Part shown: positions 62,342 through 64,000 of the stretch, piece by piece
Layout: each line of letters begins with the position of its first letter
Position numbering within the stretch: position 1 is the stretch's first letter
NCBI RefSeq assembly: GCF_964213995.1
Contig: NC_135830.1
Location: 16,430,001 to 16,494,000 of the forward strand
Source of the DNA: Mustelus asterias
Lineage: Eukaryota
Direction of reading: 5' to 3'
DNA: 64,000 nt
The notes under the pieces: generated by a model
Database searches by the model: none
Seen by the model: only the letters and a program-made list of their open reading frames with translations
What the model was told of the DNA's origin: nothing
Program-made: the position numbers and the translations under genes

Positions 62342-64000
62342 CTGTAAGGGTACAAATAAATATTAACTTACACAATGCGACTTGACTGTTTCGGCCCAGA
62401 ATCTGCCCGCCATGTTGAACAACAAAGTCATAAAGTCACGACAGTGCAGAAGGAGGCCATTCGACTTATCGAGTCTGCACTGACAACAATCTTACGGAGG
62501 CCCTATCCCCGTACCTCCACATATTTACCCTGCTAATCCATCTAACCTACGTATCCCAGGGCACAAAGGGTCTCAAACTCTCAAACTTAGCATGGCCAAT
62601 GCAACTAACCCGCACATCTTTGGAATGGGAGGAAACCAGAGGGAAGAACGTGCAAACTCCACACAGACAGTGACCTAAACCGGGAATCGAACCCAGTTTC
62701 CTGGAGCTGTGAGGAAGCAATGCTAACCACTGTCTCACCGTACCGCCCACAATAATAACCTCAAAGACAAATCAGACAACTGAACAGAAAGATATTTTTC
62801 ACAGTATATTCGCTGGAACGGGAAGGTGCTTGTGGTGATCGAATAAAACTTCCATCATAAACATTCCACACTTACTAACGAGATCAGTTCCTCTGTTACT
62901 GTAACAGGAACTGCTCACTCTCTGTGTTTAAAAGTCTGGCGTTTGCAAAGACATTCACTGGCACCAGAGGAGTTTGAATCTCAGCCTAACTATTCCTCTC
63001 TCATTCCCTGGGGTAAATGTGCCAACTCCCAACAAACAGTGTTCTGTTTTGAGACCAGCGAGATCCGAATGACTTTTCGAAATTGGGATCAATCCATTTC
63101 CCCGATCACCCACCCCTCGCCCGTTGCATTGACCCCATTGAGCTCAACAGAATATAATGTGTGGTAAAGATGTGAAACACAGAATTGAGTAACTTGTGAA
63201 CCTACGGCTTAAAAGAGCTGACGCTGTGAGGAATAAGTACAGCGTAACAGGAGACATGTTTGACGGGAGCTCGGACGGATTTGACCAGAGCTGGTTGAAG
63301 CTGAAATTGTTTGCGGCAAGAAATGGGTAGAAGTTGAGTCACATCCTGGCTCCTGCTGATTGGTTCATTGCCAACAACGTCATCACGTGGCATCCAATCG
63401 ACTCAAGCTCCTGTTTTCCTGAATTCAACCAATAATTTCACAGCTCCTTTACCTCCAGTTAGTTCTATTGGTGGAGGGACGAAAGGGACAAAGTGAATTT
63501 CTTTATCGCACGACAGGGAATTTGACAGGAATTGAAAGGATTTTTGGCTGTTTAACCCTTCCAATCACTCGGGTGAAGATAACGGAAGGAAACAGCGTTT
63601 GATTTTTCAGTACCTGTGCCTGAGGTCTCAATTAAATTAGCTTCTCTCTAACGATGAAAAATCTCCACAGCCGTAAGCTGCAGCCCGGGAGTCATGAGGG
63701 ATTGGAATAGAACAATGTGTTAAATAGATAAACGCCACATTGTAAATGAAATAAATGATTGAAGGGAGTTCATTGTGTGTTTGATGCATATGCGCAGAAT
63801 GGGCATGTGTGTTCAACGCACGGGCTCAGTGATGTTGGAGTGAGATGTTATTTAGAAATATTTATAGGTTTCTTCCTTTAAAAATAACTATGTTTACAAT
63901 AACTTAATATTAACTAACAGAGCCACAGGCTTCCACTGAAAATTGTTGTTTGCATTTAAACCTATTTGATTCAATACACTGGTCAAACCTTCTTTCACAG

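Overview
Vertebrate genomic DNA, most likely from a shark (inferred from HE1-type V-SINEs, CR1, Rex1-like and Penelope repeats, and the style of the zinc-finger genes). It has three zones. (1) ~1-39.8 kb: eight paralogous finger-only C2H2 zinc-finger genes or pseudogenes (no KRAB domain visible), with co-duplicated promoter and 5' modules, tandem repeats and many retroelement fragments. (2) ~40.4-49.8 kb: a tRNA cluster with one perfect tRNA-Glu(CTC), one probably intact tRNA-Gln(CTG), and about 15 decaying Gln/Glu/Val/Ser/Lys copies in duplicated units. (3) ~50.3-64 kb: the edge of an antigen-receptor V array resembling TCR alpha/delta, opened by a CTCF motif. It holds three V segments with open V exons and 23-bp-spacer RSSs in both orientations, at least four V pseudogenes, and possible decayed D/J/C-like relics. 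One V has leader and V fused in a single intronless exon; another has no recognisable leader. All calls were made by eye; no database searches were run.
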